Source: Octopus vulgaris
Taxonomy: Eukaryota
NCBI GenBank assembly: GCA_951406725.2
Contig: OX597835.1
Location: 18,972,001-19,036,000 of the forward strand
DNA length: 64,000 bases
Direction: 5' to 3'
Shown: one piece after another, positions 26,495 through 39,987 of the stretch
Numbering within the stretch: position 1 is the first letter of the stretch
Layout: each line of letters opens with the position of its first letter
Program-made: the position numbers and the translations under genes
The notes under the pieces: model-generated
What the model was told of the DNA's origin: nothing
The model's input: the letters and a program-made list of their open reading frames with translations, nothing else
Databases searched by the model: none

Positions 26495-26591
26495 ATGGGT
26501 AAAATTCTATTAAATTTGGTTGGGTGGATTTCTAGTTTTAAGGACATGACAAACACGCAGACAGACATATTCGCGTTTTATAAATATAGAT
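26495..26591 (-). mobile_element. old Helitron-like terminal fragment
   Basis: ACAAACACGCAGACAGACATATTCGCGTTTTATAAATATAGAT has the same end architecture as 18470-18846. Confidence 0.5.
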
Positions 26592-27379
26592 AAATTAGTT
26601 TGCATATTGGAAATTGGAGGCACTAAAGCATTTTCAAACTGGGCGACTGCACTAACTTGATCCTGATGGTCTAAATTCTTTCGCTATGTTTATGCTTAGT
26701 GTTATACATCATGTAGTACAGGTTGAGTGGAATGGTAAATATCTGGTGAATTTAGACTTAATGGGATTTCACCAAGGAATGTATAGGAACCAGAACTCTA
26801 CAGTTTCTTCTAAGACAATAATTTCATAGAATGAGAAAAAATTCACAAATTCGAGGGGTATACATAGAGTAAACCTTCTTAATAATAGTAGAAAGTGGAT
26901 TCTTTTGCGAGATAGTTGTCTATAAAAGTTAACAATGTTGAAGATATTCACATATGTAGAATAGTGCATTCTAATTATTAGATCAACCGTTATTGGCGAA
27001 GCAATCAGTAATTAATAACTTTCTGTGATGCTCTTAAATATTAAAATAAACAAATAAAATTAAAAAACAAGGGTTGTAATGAAATTGATCCAACAACTCA
27101 TTTTATCAAATATCTTATGGCAATATGGAAGACACTGATTGATTGTATGAAGTTATGAAGCCAACGATGATCAGTAAAAGTCATACTGCTGCTTAAACTC
27201 TCCAAAGATACTCCATCTGAGACTCTTTAGTTAATGAGATGCACACACCTGTGTGAGTGTGTGTGTATAAGTGTGTTGCTGTCTGTGTACATCGACATCA
27301 CGACCGACACATCATCCCAAACACATATTTGCAAATACCAGAAACCATTTTAACACAACATTGCTAGAAACCGGCTTCG

Positions 27380-27485
<106 letters not shown>

Positions 27486-27659
27486 GGAGAGAGAGGAAGA
27501 GAGATAAAAGGTATTCTATTACAAAGAGACAAAACATTATAAGTTAAAAAAGGTTTACTCGTGTTTCTAAATACGTGTTTGTGTTGCTGCCTGACGGTCG
27601 TGCTCTCAATAAACACACTGGGACAATTGCGTATATCTTTTTAGCTAAAGAATCTCTAT

Positions 27660-27726
<67 letters not shown>

Positions 27727-27780
27727 GTACATACATACGTATGTATGTATGTATGTATATATAGATGAACGGATACATGC

Positions 27781-27941
27781 GATAAGCTTCTTTCGGATTT
27801 CGTCAAACGAATCCACTCACAAGCCTGTTGTAGGTCGGGGCCCCAGAGGGCTACACTTGGTCAAAGTGCCATGCTGTGGGACTGAACCTGGAGCCACATA
27901 GTTGGAAAGAGAACGTCATACCACACAGCTACGCCTACGCC
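27781..27941 (-). mobile_element. SINE family B, old 5' half
   Basis: GTGGGACTGAACC...ACCACACAGCTACGCCTACGCC matches the reverse complement of the B head. Confidence 0.75.
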
Positions 27942-28031
27942 TATATATATATACTTATACATGCATAGACGCTCACATACACAGACACGCATGCAAACGC
28001 CCACATCCCACATATATAAATAAATATATAT

Positions 28032-28076
<45 letters not shown>

Positions 28077-28174
28077 AATACACATATATGCATGTGCACA
28101 TACATATGACCAGTGTGAGTGCGTGTAAAGAGAGCGGCAAAAGAACGTTTGAAGTTGGTTATGTTTATAAACTG

Positions 28175-28355
28175 TAAGTCTTGTGGGAAATGTTCCAAGA
28201 TTACAAGACTAACCAAAGCAGCTAAATTCATAGAATCACAGATATGTAATATAGTGGTCCAAATAATATATTCAGTCACGCAATTATCGTGCACAAAATC
28301 ATTGCATCAAGGAAGATAACTCCAATAAAATTAGTTGATATAAACAATGGCACAA
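28175..28355 (-). pseudogene. possible ALG3-like (mannosyltransferase C-terminus) relic
   Basis: VPLFISTNFIGVIF resembles ALG3 (P/T)LFxSNFIG; after a frameshift WTTILHICDSMNLAAL resembles SSAALHICHAVIL; the intervening RSLHYQFYVWY is absent. Recalled motif, not aligned. Confidence 0.3.
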
Positions 28356-28897
28356 CTTAGATGATATGGAATGAAATAAATATAATCATTAACGTATATG
28401 GTGAAAGAAATAGAAATGATTGAAACTTATTATGTTGTACCATAAAAGATATCAGCATAAACGAAGTGTACTCATGGTGATAACGAACATGAGCAATTTA
28501 ATTCGAAGCAACTTATTTGGTGGACATTTCTATACACTAAATTGAAGACCGGGACTTCTCTTCTTAATTTCGGGAATTGAAAATTGATCCAACCAATGTT
28601 TCACTGTCTGCCAATAACTGCTTCTTGCTTTGAGGAAATTAGAGCAGAAGTAATTGCATGTGAGATTCCAGATTCCACTTTCTCATGTGTTAATTCATGA
28701 ACGAAGGAGCCCTTTCCTTTTTTCATATACATATATTTAAAAAAAAAAGGTGTAAATCCGGAACCAGAGTACTTGTCTGACCCACCATATTAAACCCCTG
28801 TCAGGTTTATTCCTATGGTTTACCTAGCATATGTAATGACAACCCATTTGAGCGCAAAGAGGCATAAAAAAAATTATGTATGATATCAGGGCACATA

Positions 28898-29115
28898 CGG
28901 CGAGCTGGCAGAACCGTTAGCACGCCGGGCGAAATGCGTAGCCGTATTTCGTCTGGCGTTACGTTCTGAGTTCAAATTCCGCCGAGGTCGATTTTGCCTT
29001 TCATCCTTTCGGGGTCGATAAATTAAGTACCAGTTACGCACTGAGGTCGATGTAATCGACTTAGTCCGTTTGTCTGTCCTTGTTTGTTTATCCCCTTATG
29101 GGTAATAAAGAAACA
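28898..29115 (+). mobile_element. SINE family C monomer with 16-bp TSD
   Basis: GATATCAGGGCACATA at 28882-28897 and 29116-29131. Confidence 0.93.
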
Positions 29116-29499
29116 GATATCAGGGCACATAGTGAAATTGTAAAGGACCACTAGCTCGTGTAGTTACAATCGCATAAGCGAAAGACAATATTTTGTAAAA
29201 TCAGCGGTTTCACGTGATTGCTGGTCATCTCACTACAGCTAGTCATTTGGTACTTGTTATAAAGTGGAAACAAATAACGATATTGTATTCAGAATATGAT
29301 TTGATTGATGAACATAAAATATGGCAATAATTCCCAAACGCGATGTAAAATGTTAAACCGTAATTCCAATTGTCCGAGATATAAATGGATATGATTCTAC
29401 TGAAAACAAACGTTGCGCGGAATTTATCTCTAAAATGAGTCAATACATACATTATTTCACCTGATGCTGTCCATACAATATTTGTCTGACTAGTTAAAT

Positions 29500-29890
29500 G
29501 GATGGATGGAAGGACTCCGTCGGTTACGACGATGAGGGTTCCGGTTGATCCGAATCAACGGAACAGCCTGCTCGTGAAATTAACGTGTAAGTGGCTGAGC
29601 ACTCCACAGACACGTGCACCCTTTACGTAGTTCTCGGGGATATTCAGCGTGACACAGAGAGTGACAAGGCCGGCCCTTTCAAATACAGGTACAACAGAAA
29701 CAGGAAGTAAGAGTGAGAGAAAGTTGTGGTGAAAGAGTACAGCAGGGATCACCACCATCCCCTGCTGGAGCCTCGTGGAGCTTTTAGGTGTTTTTGCTCA
29801 ATAAACACTCACAACGCCCGGTCTGGGAATCGAAACCGCGATCCTATGACCGCGAATCCGCTGCCCTAAACACTGGGCCATTGCGCCTCC
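29500..29890 (-). mobile_element. SINE family A with 11-bp TSD
   Basis: ACTAGTTAAAT at 29489-29499 and 29891-29901; (TCCA)n tail. Confidence 0.95.
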
Positions 29891-30173
29891 ACTAGTTAAA
29901 TAGGTGTAAGCTAAAGCATAAACGATGTATTAATAGAAGTAGGAACTCACGACATGACAGAATTGCGCCATAGTTTTGGACGAGCAAAAATACACAATTA
30001 ATACAAAATGTTTTGTGTCGAGTCAACTGCAGCTGTCTTTGTACTAACCATGGCTACTCGAGGAGTATATCTGGTTAGTACTCAAGAAAAGTGAGAATGT
30101 GTGAGGGGAGAAGAACTAGGAGATGGCAAAGGCATGGGAAGATTGTGCAGTAATCAATTAATCAATCAATATA

Positions 30174-30240
<67 letters not shown>

Positions 30241-30791
30241 CTAGTGATGCCATCGGATTGTGTAAAGGTGGTTCTGTATACTCTGGACCTTGAGAGACAA
30301 GAAACTTCTAGATGGCGCATGGTGCGGTTTGGAAGATGCAGGTTGGGCCCTGAGATGGTGTGGGTGCATCGTAACGGCTATTGATGCGTGCGATGTTAGA
30401 GGCGTAGCATAAGAAGGCTTACCTCACCTTGATATTATGGGGGTTGAAGCGTTTGTAATAATTATGACCTCTGGGGAGATGTTTCTTAACTAATTACAGG
30501 AAGCCCCTACATGTGTTAGTGGAAACTTCTAGGTTGAAAGGGGTGTTATACAATATAATTCTCCAGCTCCTAGTCCCTTCGGGGTGAGGAGTAGCTGTTT
30601 AGGGGCTGGTGGTGGTGGTGTTGATGATAACGATGGCGGTGATGGTGATGATTTACAGTCCACCTCAAAAAGTCATTTAAAGTCATTGCACAGCACTCTT
30701 CGTGAATAAACGGCGCGATTGAACGAATTACGTTGTCTTCTGTCCATCGTATAAGAAACACAGTTTCAATATATATACGTACCACACTTTT

Positions 30792-31175
30792 TGGAAGCAC
30801 TCCGTCGGTTACGACGACGAGGGTTCCGGTTGATCCGAATCAACGGAACAGCCTGCTCGTGAAATTAACGTGTAAGTGGCTGAGCACTCCACAGACACGT
30901 GTACCCTTAACGTAGTTCTCGGGGATATTCAGCGTGACACAGAGAGTGACAAGGCCGGCCCTTTGAAATACAGGTACAACAGAAACAGGAAGTAAGAGTG
31001 AGAGAAAGTTGTGGTGAAAGAGTACAGCAGGGATCACCACCACCACTTGCCGGAGCCTCGTGGAGCTTTTAGGTGTTTTCGCTCAATAAACACTCACAAC
31101 GCCCGGTCTGGGAATCGAAACCGCGATCTTATGACCGCGAGTCCGCTGCCCTAAACACTGGGCCATTGCGCCTCC
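30792..31175 (-). mobile_element. SINE family A, recombinant middle copy
   Basis: Left flank matches that of 32037-32420 and right flank matches that of 29500-29890; no TSD of its own. Confidence 0.93.
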
Positions 31176-32036
31176 ACTAGTTAAATAGGTGTAAGCTAAA
31201 GCATAAACGATGTATTAATAGAAGTAGGATATCACGTCTTGACGGAATTGCGCCATAGTTTTGGATGAGCAAAAATACACAATTAATAACAGATATTTTG
31301 TGTCGAGTCAACTGGAGCTGTCTTTGCACTAACCATGGCTACTCGAGGAGTATATCTGGTTAGTACTCAAGAAAAGTGAGAATGTGTGAGGGGAGAAGAA
31401 CTAGGAGATGGCAAAGGCATGGGAAGATTGTGCAGTAATCAATTAATCAATCAATATATACATGTGTGTGTGTGTGTGTGTGTATCTAGTGATGCCATCG
31501 GATTGTGTAAAGGTGGTTCTGTATACTCCGGACCTTGAGAGACAAGAAACTTCTAGATGGCGCATGGTGCGGTTTGGAAGATGCAGGTTGGGTCCTGAGA
31601 TGGTGTGGGTGCATCGTAACGGCTATTGATGCGTGCGATGTTAGAGGCGTAGCATAAGAAGGCTTACCTCACCTTGATATTATGGGGTTGAAGCGTTTGT
31701 AATAATTATGACCTGTGGGGAGATGCTTCTTAACTAATCACAGGCAGCCCCTATATGTATTGGTGGAAACTTCTAGGTTGAAAGGGGTGTTGTACAATAT
31801 AATTCTCCAGCTCCTAGTCCCTTTCGGGGTGAGGAGTAGCTGTTTAGGGGCTGGTGGTGGTGGTGTTGATGATAACGATGGCGGTGATGGTGATGATTTA
31901 CAGTCCACCTCAAAAAGTCATTTGAAGTCATTGCACAGCACTCTTCGTGAATAAACGGCGCGATTGAACGAATTACCTTGTCTTCTGTCCATCGTATAAG
32001 AAACATAGTTTCAATATATATATGTACCACACTTTT

Positions 32037-32420
32037 TGGAAGCACTCAGTCGGTTACGACGACGAGGGTTCCGGTTGATCCGAATCAACGGAACAGCCTG
32101 CTCGTGAAATTAACGTGTAAGTGGCTGAGCACTCCACAGACACGTGTACCCTTAACGTAGTTCTCGGGGATATTCAGCGTGACACAGAGAGTGACAAGGC
32201 CGGCCCTTTGAAATACAGGTACAACAGAAACAGGAAGTAAGAGTGAGAGAAAGTTGTGGTGAAAGAGTACAGCAGGGATCACCACCACCCCCTGCCGGAG
32301 CCTCGTGGAACTTTTAGGTGTTTTCGCTCAATAAACACTCACAGCGCCCGGTCTGGGAATCGAAATCGCGATCCTATGACCGCGAGTCCGCTGCCCTAAC
32401 CACAGGGCCATTGCGCTTCC
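32037..32420 (-). mobile_element. SINE family A with 12-bp TSD
   Basis: ATGTACCACACT on both sides (32022-32033, 32423-32434). Confidence 0.95.
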
Positions 32421-32687
32421 ACATGTACCACACTAACATATACAAGCACACACATGTTTACATACTCGTCAAAAATACGAACACAAAAATTATATTGCAA
32501 TGAAATATAAATGGATGAAAAATGTTATACGGGAAAAAACACAGCAAATAATATTCTCGAATATAAGTATAGACAACAAATTAGATTATGTGGACAATGA
32601 CAAGATAGCTGATATACAAATTGGACACATACACCCAGGCAGATGAACCTAAACACATTTTGTACACGTGTATAAGATACATGAATG

Positions 32688-32727
32688 CAACAACAGCAGC
32701 AACGACAACAACAACAACAACAACAAC

Positions 32728-32782
<55 letters not shown>

Positions 32783-32843
32783 TTAATAATAATAATGATA
32801 ATAATAATAATAAGTACTATTATTATTATTATTATTGTTATTA

Positions 32844-32940
<97 letters not shown>

Positions 32941-32963
32941 CATTATTATCATCATCATCATCA

Positions 32964-33033
<70 letters not shown>

Positions 33034-33056
33034 CATTATTATCATCATCATCATCA

Positions 33057-33096
<40 letters not shown>

Positions 33097-33122
33097 CATT
33101 ATTATTATTATTATTATTATTA

Positions 33123-33214
<92 letters not shown>

Positions 33215-33496
33215 GGGAAGGAGATGATGACCATAATAATATCAATAATATTAATAATAACAATAATCATAGCAACAATAACAATAATAATAATTATTAT
33301 AATAAATAAAATAATAATAATGATGATGATGATAAATATAATAGTTAAAATATTAATAGAAGTAATACTGAAAATTATGATAAGAATAATATCAAAAATA
33401 ATCATAAAACTAATGATGATGATGATGTGATTATGATGATGTCGACGTCGACGACGACGATGACGATGACGATGACGATGGTGATGATGATGATAT

Positions 33497-33535
<39 letters not shown>

Positions 33536-33583
33536 GTATGATGATGATGTTGATGATGATGATGATGATGACGATGAAGATGG

Positions 33584-33619
<36 letters not shown>

Positions 33620-33620
33620 C

Positions 33621-33651
<31 letters not shown>

Positions 33652-33710
33652 TTGATGATGACGATGATGATGATGATGATGACGATGACGATGATGACGA
33701 TGATGATGAC
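32688..33710. repeat. 1-kb compound trinucleotide block (CAA)n(AAT)n|(ATT/CAT)n|(AAT)n(GAT)n
   Basis: Direct reading; source of the poly-I/N/Y/L/M/S ORFs. Confidence 0.95.
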
Positions 33711-34789
33711 GAGAGGAAGGACAACAACGTCAACAGTAATAAACCCCTCAGGTTTAGCTTTTTTTTCATATGTGTGTGTGTGTGTCGAAAAGTGCTACGA
33801 GAACAATTTGGCATGCAGACAAATTGAAAACAGATCGAAACATTTTTATTAGGCGAGGGATATAGAGAAGAAACAAAAAAAAAAGCAAGGACATAATATA
33901 ATCTAATGTAAATCAATAAGAAAAATAAACATCGAGACGATAATATTCCACTGTTATTATATTCCCATATTTTGTTTGTCTGTTTCTCCTCAATTTATAT
34001 ATCAGGTTGTAATTTAATTTTGATCTTATCGACACACGGAAAGTATAAAAAAATGTTGTATCTGGGAAAGTGAAGAAAAAAAAAATCATTATGCAATTAT
34101 TTAAGTTTAAATATTTTCATGTCACATTTATCGAAAACAGAAATGTGTAAATTTTTGACACTGAATTTGTTGCTCCTACGAGCACTTCAAAATAGATTTA
34201 CTCTATGTATATATATATATTATATATTTCTTTCGCACGCAGTTCGATGGAGACATTCTGGCAGCAATGTGCAACAAGAATCAAACTTCCAAAACCAGAA
34301 TAGCAAACAAAGATATCATCACTACCAAGTCCCTTTATGTTCTTTTAATTGTTTCTGTCATTCAATTGTGGCCATTCGAGGGCACCGATTAGGAAGGACT
34401 TCTGCAATGGAAGGCGTCCGGTGACCGCATATCAGCCAAATCTCGTTGTGCTTTTAGGCATCATGTTTTTACATGGGGGTTCCGCTGAAGGTACAATTGT
34501 AGTAATCGGCATCCTAGCAAGATATCCATGTTCAGGTAGATTTATAGAGTTATCGTTTTCGTACTAATACTGATTCTTTCGCTAATAATTTTGTATCCAT
34601 GCATGCAACTACCCATCCATCCATCCATCCATCCTTGCCTCTCTACCTACCTACCTACCTACCTACCTAACTACACACACACACACACAGAGTCAAGTGC
34701 ATGCAGTCACACGCACACACACGTATATGTGTATGTCTGTGTGTATATAGATAGATAGACAAACAGACAGACAGTCAAACAGATAGTTA

Positions 34790-34818
34790 GCTAGATAGAT
34801 AGATAGAGAGACACATAG

Positions 34819-34869
<51 letters not shown>

Positions 34870-34890
34870 TAGAGAGAGAGAGAGAGAGAG

Positions 34891-34985
<95 letters not shown>
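34790..34985. repeat. (CA)n(TA)n(GA)n(GATA)n microsatellite
   Basis: Direct reading. Confidence 0.95.
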
Positions 34986-36001
34986 ATTCAAATTTACAGA
35001 AAACGAAAGACTACGGCAGGTGAAAGAACAACCAGCATATGCATTTGTTTAACGCTCGGGAAGAATGAAATATATAACTGATTAAAATCTTCACTGACAT
35101 CCTTAACCGTGAATTATGTTTCCCATTTATCATCAAATATTTTGTGTCTTGCAACCATTCTCTGCTGACCGTATATTCCCATTAATCGTCTATATATGCA
35201 TAAGCATTCTGCCACTTTTCCTATGTTGTTCAAATCTCTTGACGTCTAAACGTTCTCTCGGTTCGTTTCTGCATTAAAACAATTCATTATACACCTATGT
35301 TTTCACTTTTAGCATTGCTAATTTATAAAAAGTGATAGGGCACGCCATAAAGATTTAGGTGATCAGCTCCCGATAGTACGATAATTTCAGTTCAGGGTCT
35401 GGTTGCTGGTGCTTTCTTGCCCTGATTGCTGGTGCTTTCTTGCACATGATTTCATTGTTTGCGCAATCCATTAAATCGTGCATGAACACTCGGCTCCCAG
35501 ATGAACAGGAGCGTTAATCCATTCAGAAGGCTGTCTTCTGCTATCAGTCATCTACGCGCAACGACAACTGAGGTAATTTCAGGTGTAACTGGCTCGAAGA
35601 TGCAAGACCTTTGACGAAGTACCTTCACATATACTTACAAGTACAGCAGTACACAGATTTTGGGGGTTTTTTTGTTCTCTATTTTCTATCTTGTGTAACT
35701 TCATTATGGGCATGCACCCAATACATTGATAATTTTCCTTTCAGGCGTGGCAAAAAAAATTTACATTTAATTTGTTTGTTATTTCAATTAGTTTAACTAA
35801 ATTGTCTGAGATTTTTCCGAACACAATTGTTTGTCTTTAACAGAAATATTCCATCCAATTATACAATAACAAAACGCATCGGAACAATGCATATAATAAA
35901 AGTGACACAAATTATTTATTTTAGTCTAAAATATATTGGAGATTTAAAACAAACACATATTCAAGTACAATCGCCATCGCTCTTATACATAACTTCATTG
36001 T

Positions 36002-36390
36002 GGAGGCGCAATGGCCCAGTGGATAGGGCAGCGGACTCGCGGTCATAGGATCGCGGTTTCGATTCCCAGACCGGGCGTTGTGAGTGTTTATTGAGCGAAA
36101 ACGCCTAAAGCTCCACGAGGCTCCGGCAGGGGATGGTGGTGATCTCTGCTGTACTCTTTCACCACAACTTTCTCTCACTCTTACTTCCTGTTTCTGTTGT
36201 ACCTGTATTTCAAAGGGCCGGCCTTGTCACTCTCTGTGTCACGCTGAATATCCCCGAGAACTACGTAAGGGTGCACGTGTCTGTGGAGTGCTCAGCCACT
36301 TACACGTTAATTTCACGAGCAGGCTGTTCCGTTGATTCGGATCAACCGGAACCCTCGTCGTCGTAACCGACGGAGTGCTTCCATCCATAT
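36002..36390 (+). mobile_element. SINE family A with 11-bp TSD
   Basis: ATAACTTCATT at 35989-35999 and 36393-36403; A box TGGCCCAGTGG, B box GGTTTCGATTCCC. Confidence 0.95.
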
Positions 36391-37092
36391 AGATAACTTC
36401 ATTATGACACCTGGTATCAGAATCTTCCCCATCGTCATTACGTTTTTAATTGAGTATAGGGGCTATCAAGTATGTATACGTTATATACACTAAATATATA
36501 AGCTGAAATTACGTGGTTTCGGCGCTTGTATAATCGGTATTTTATCAGGAGCAGCTTTGCTATTTACTGTGGAGTGCTTTTTATAGCGCCAGTCACTGTT
36601 CAATTGAATGCTACAATCGAAATTTTAAAAAAAATATAAATACCAACAGTTTTGCTGCAAGGAGATGTAGAAAAAAGTAACTGCGTAATAAACAGAATAA
36701 TAGGAAAATCTACAGAACTTGATTGGTTTTCATTTGTATTCAAAGATGCCAAAAACACTACCAATTTGTATTCCACTATCGAGTACTTCACTGCAACGGA
36801 TAGCGGAAATATGTGAATGTTCTGGTCTATGCGACACATTATATAAAAGTGCTGGCATTTCCTTGTCATATATTTGTATGATAGTTCGAGCACGGAAGCG
36901 GAGTATCGGTTTTTTTTTTTTTGTGTGTGGTTGGAAGTTGTTCGAGTCGTAATTTGAGCCGAAGTTTGATAAGAAGGGCTGCGCTGTACGACAAGGCATA
37001 CTCACAAGTCACACACCGCCTGAACCTGCCGGAATGTAGCCAAAATGAGTAGAAATGTATTATGGATGCATGTCGTATTTTGGGAAAATTTA

Positions 37093-37466
37093 TCTCTCTA
37101 TATATAAACGGCAGTTTGTCTGTGCGTGTTTCTGTGTGTCTGTTTGCTTGTACCCTCACTCTGACCACGGCTTTCAACCGATTCTGATGAAACTTGACAC
37201 ACACATAGCCCAATGTCATAATTCAAAACTAACGCAGCGAAAATTTTGAAAAGTTCCCCCAGTTCTGAAAAAAATTGATAAATTCGACATGGGGTCGAGA
37301 ATCAGAAACACAAACCACAAACTGTCTAGGGGACGCAACTCCACCTTTTTAAACTCTCAAAAAAAAATTTACCATCATTTTTTTCTATTTTTTTGCTATA
37401 ACTCTCTAAAACTGCTTTATAGTTATTTCCCTTACAAACCTGAGCAACGCCGGGCGATACTGCTAG
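37093..37466 (+). mobile_element. non-autonomous Helitron
   Basis: A|TCTCTCTATATAT...CCTGAGCAACGCCGGG...CTAG|T; reverse-complement homologue of 18470-18846. Confidence 0.87.
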
Positions 37467-37489
37467 TGTTTCATATTTTAACCTACGGG

Positions 37490-37925
37490 AAGGTGGCAAT
37501 CTCGCAGTATCATCAGTGCCTAGTGGTATTTACTCTGTCGACCTGGCAGGATCGTTAGTACGCCGGGCGAAATGCTTAGCGGTATTTCGTCTGCCGCTAC
37601 GTTCTGAGTTCAAATTCCGCCGAGGTCGACTTTGCCTTTTATCCTTTCGGGGTCGATAAATTAAGTACAAGTTACTGAGGTCGATATAATCGACTTAATC
37701 CGTTTGTCTGTCCTTGTTTGTCCTCTCTGTGTTTAGCCCCTTGTGGGTAGTAAAGAAATAGGTATTTACTCTGTCTTTACGTTCTGAGTTCAAATCCCGC
37801 CGAGTTTGACTTAACCCTTTCATCACTTCGGGGTCGATTAAATAAGTAATAGATGAAACATTGAGGTGGTTGTAATTGATTTACCCACTCTCCGAAATTG
37901 CTGGCCTTGTGCCAAAATTTGAAAC
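37490..37925 (+). mobile_element. young SINE C (37540-37760) nested in an older SINE C
   Basis: TSD GGTATTTACTCTGTC at 37525-37539 and 37761-37775. Confidence 0.88.
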
Positions 37926-38811
37926 CTGTATCTTAACTTGCAGAGACTGGTAAACATTTTATGTCAAACATCTGTACAATGAACATCAGAAAGAAATACG
38001 TTTCATAATAATATCTTCTGGCCCGGTTTCTCTTCGAGAGATTCCTGTATTTCATTATGATCTGAGACAACATACAGAATTATTATTGGTTGTTGCCTTT
38101 CTGCTCTTTGAAACTTTAAATATCTTGGGCATTTTTGTGGCGTAAATCGCCGACGCGTTCTGATATGCATTTTAATCGTGTTCATATATAAAATACTAGA
38201 TAACTGAAGATACGATTGAGTTCGTTCATCTTTTGTACATGTTTGTTCTTCCGCTCACAAGGTATTCAAAAGTTATCCTAAACTCTGCTTTTGCATACCG
38301 GGTTACAGGTTTTGGAACAGAGTACCTAACCGTGTATCAGTTTGTGTTGGGCTGCGTTTTGTCTGTTGTGTATATGATCTTACAGAACACTAGAAAAACA
38401 ATAACCGTAAGATGTTAACCATACTTAACAAAATATTTCGTCACACAAGATATTTTTTGAAGTATTTCAAATTATAGTGTCTGAGTCATTCTTTCGCTTA
38501 GTTTCACGCAACCATGTGATTACTGGGTACCTTTAGCAAGCTGTCAGACCAGATGTCCACCCCTGCGTTAATTTCCTCCCTTCGTCCTACTCTTCGTGGA
38601 ATGCTGAAAATAATGAGAGTCAATGATGTCTTTCATGTGGACTAAACAGTAAAGCCAATATCTTAACTATGCAGTTTATGTGGACCCTTGATTATTACAG
38701 TGGGGGTGGGGAAGACATTTTACATTTTTGTAAGGTTCCTGAAAGAAACAGTAGATAGAAGTTGACGAAAATGCAGATCCTATATTGAAGTTATATGTCT
38801 CAGAATATGTA

Positions 38812-38976
38812 GTCGCAGGAGTGGCTGTGTGGTAAGTAGCTTGTTTACCAACCACATGGTTCCGGGTTCAGTCCCACTTCGTGGCACCTTGGGCAAGTGT
38901 CTTCTACTATAGCCTCGGTCCGACCAAAGCCTTGTGAGTGGATTTGGTAGACGGAAACTGAAAGAAGCCCGTCGGA

Positions 38977-39039
<63 letters not shown>

Positions 39040-39244
39040 TTGTGTGTCTGTGTTTGTTCCCCTAGCATTGCTTGACAACCGATGCTGGTGTGTTTATGTC
39101 CCCGTTACTTAGCGGTTCGGCAAAAGAGACCGATAGAATAAGTACTGGGCTTACAAAAGAATAAGTCCCGGGGTCGAGTTGCTCGATTAAAGGCGGTGCT
39201 CCAGTATGGCCGCAGTCAAATGACTGAAACAAGTAAAAGAGTAA
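38812..39244 (+). mobile_element. SINE family B, full length
   Basis: A box TGGCTGTGTGG, B box GGTTCAGTCCC, CORE-like ACCTTGGGCAAGT, internal (TA)(TG) tract, GAAACAAGTAAAAGAG tail. Confidence 0.93.
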
Positions 39245-39639
39245 TATCATATCACAGATTTGTTCGAAACGATTATGTAAGTGAAAAGATGGGTAAACAC
39301 ACATCTTTGCAAATTGCTGGTTGTAAAATCCAGAAACACATTAAGTTTATTTTTCAGGAACGAAGACAGTCTAACTGACAGACAACCGTGCATTTTCATT
39401 TACTGGGCTTGTGTCACCTTGAGGCGACTGATAAAGCCGTGTGCCATGAAGAGTATCAGATCCTGAAACACATTTTTATCTTAGAAATCACTTAACCTCA
39501 CGGCTAGGGCTTTAGAACTATGAGCTGTATCGTTAAATCTGTTTAACACAATTTATTTACTGATCTCATTAAATCATATCAATTATTAATAAATATTTTA
39601 CAAACATCGTGTAGAATAGTACACGCACAATATTGTATA

Positions 39640-39985
39640 CTAGCACTATAACCCTATAACGCCGGGTCATAGTGCTAGTGCATGCATACACAGTTGCGTG
39701 CGTGCGTACATACACGCGAGTACTGTCAAAATCTCCGACCAATCACATACAGCTAGCTGGCATTCAATTGGCTTATCAAGTTTCGGGCATTTTGATTGGG
39801 TTTTGGATAGAAAATTCACAAAAAAAGTCACTTCTATTGATATTTAATGGCTTTGCTGGGTGACTGGGGAAATGTAAAGATGTGCACAACCACCCTTGGA
39901 CGGTTTTCAATGACCATAGAAAGTGCGAGCCCTCTAACTGAAAAATTGTGGATTTGTATAAAGGACACACACAGACAGAACATAA
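39640..39985 (-). mobile_element. second Helitron-like non-autonomous family
   Basis: A|CTAG terminus inside hairpin ACTAGCACTATAACCC/GGGTCATAGTGCTAGT; ACACACAGACAG at the far end. Confidence 0.55.
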
Positions 39986-39987
39986 CA

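Larger units (their letters stand above)
29891..32420. repeat. ~1.25-1.29-kb tandem duplication (spacer + SINE A)
   Basis: 29891-31175 vs 31176-32420 near-identical apart from (TG)n length and scattered substitutions. Confidence 0.95.

Noticed and set aside
32581-33916. Longest ORFs (poly-I/N/Y/L/M/S, up to 274 aa)
   Set aside because: Pure trinucleotide repeats open in several frames on both strands
34240-34340. Exon-like stretch with open frames on both strands
   Set aside because: Weak splice signals, abuts a decayed SINE tail, no homology recognised
35399-35444. 23-bp tandem duplication
   Set aside because: Two copies only; ordinary slippage
36002-36075. tRNA-like A/B box sequences at SINE heads
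   Set aside because: No complete cloverleaf or terminator; always continue into a SINE body
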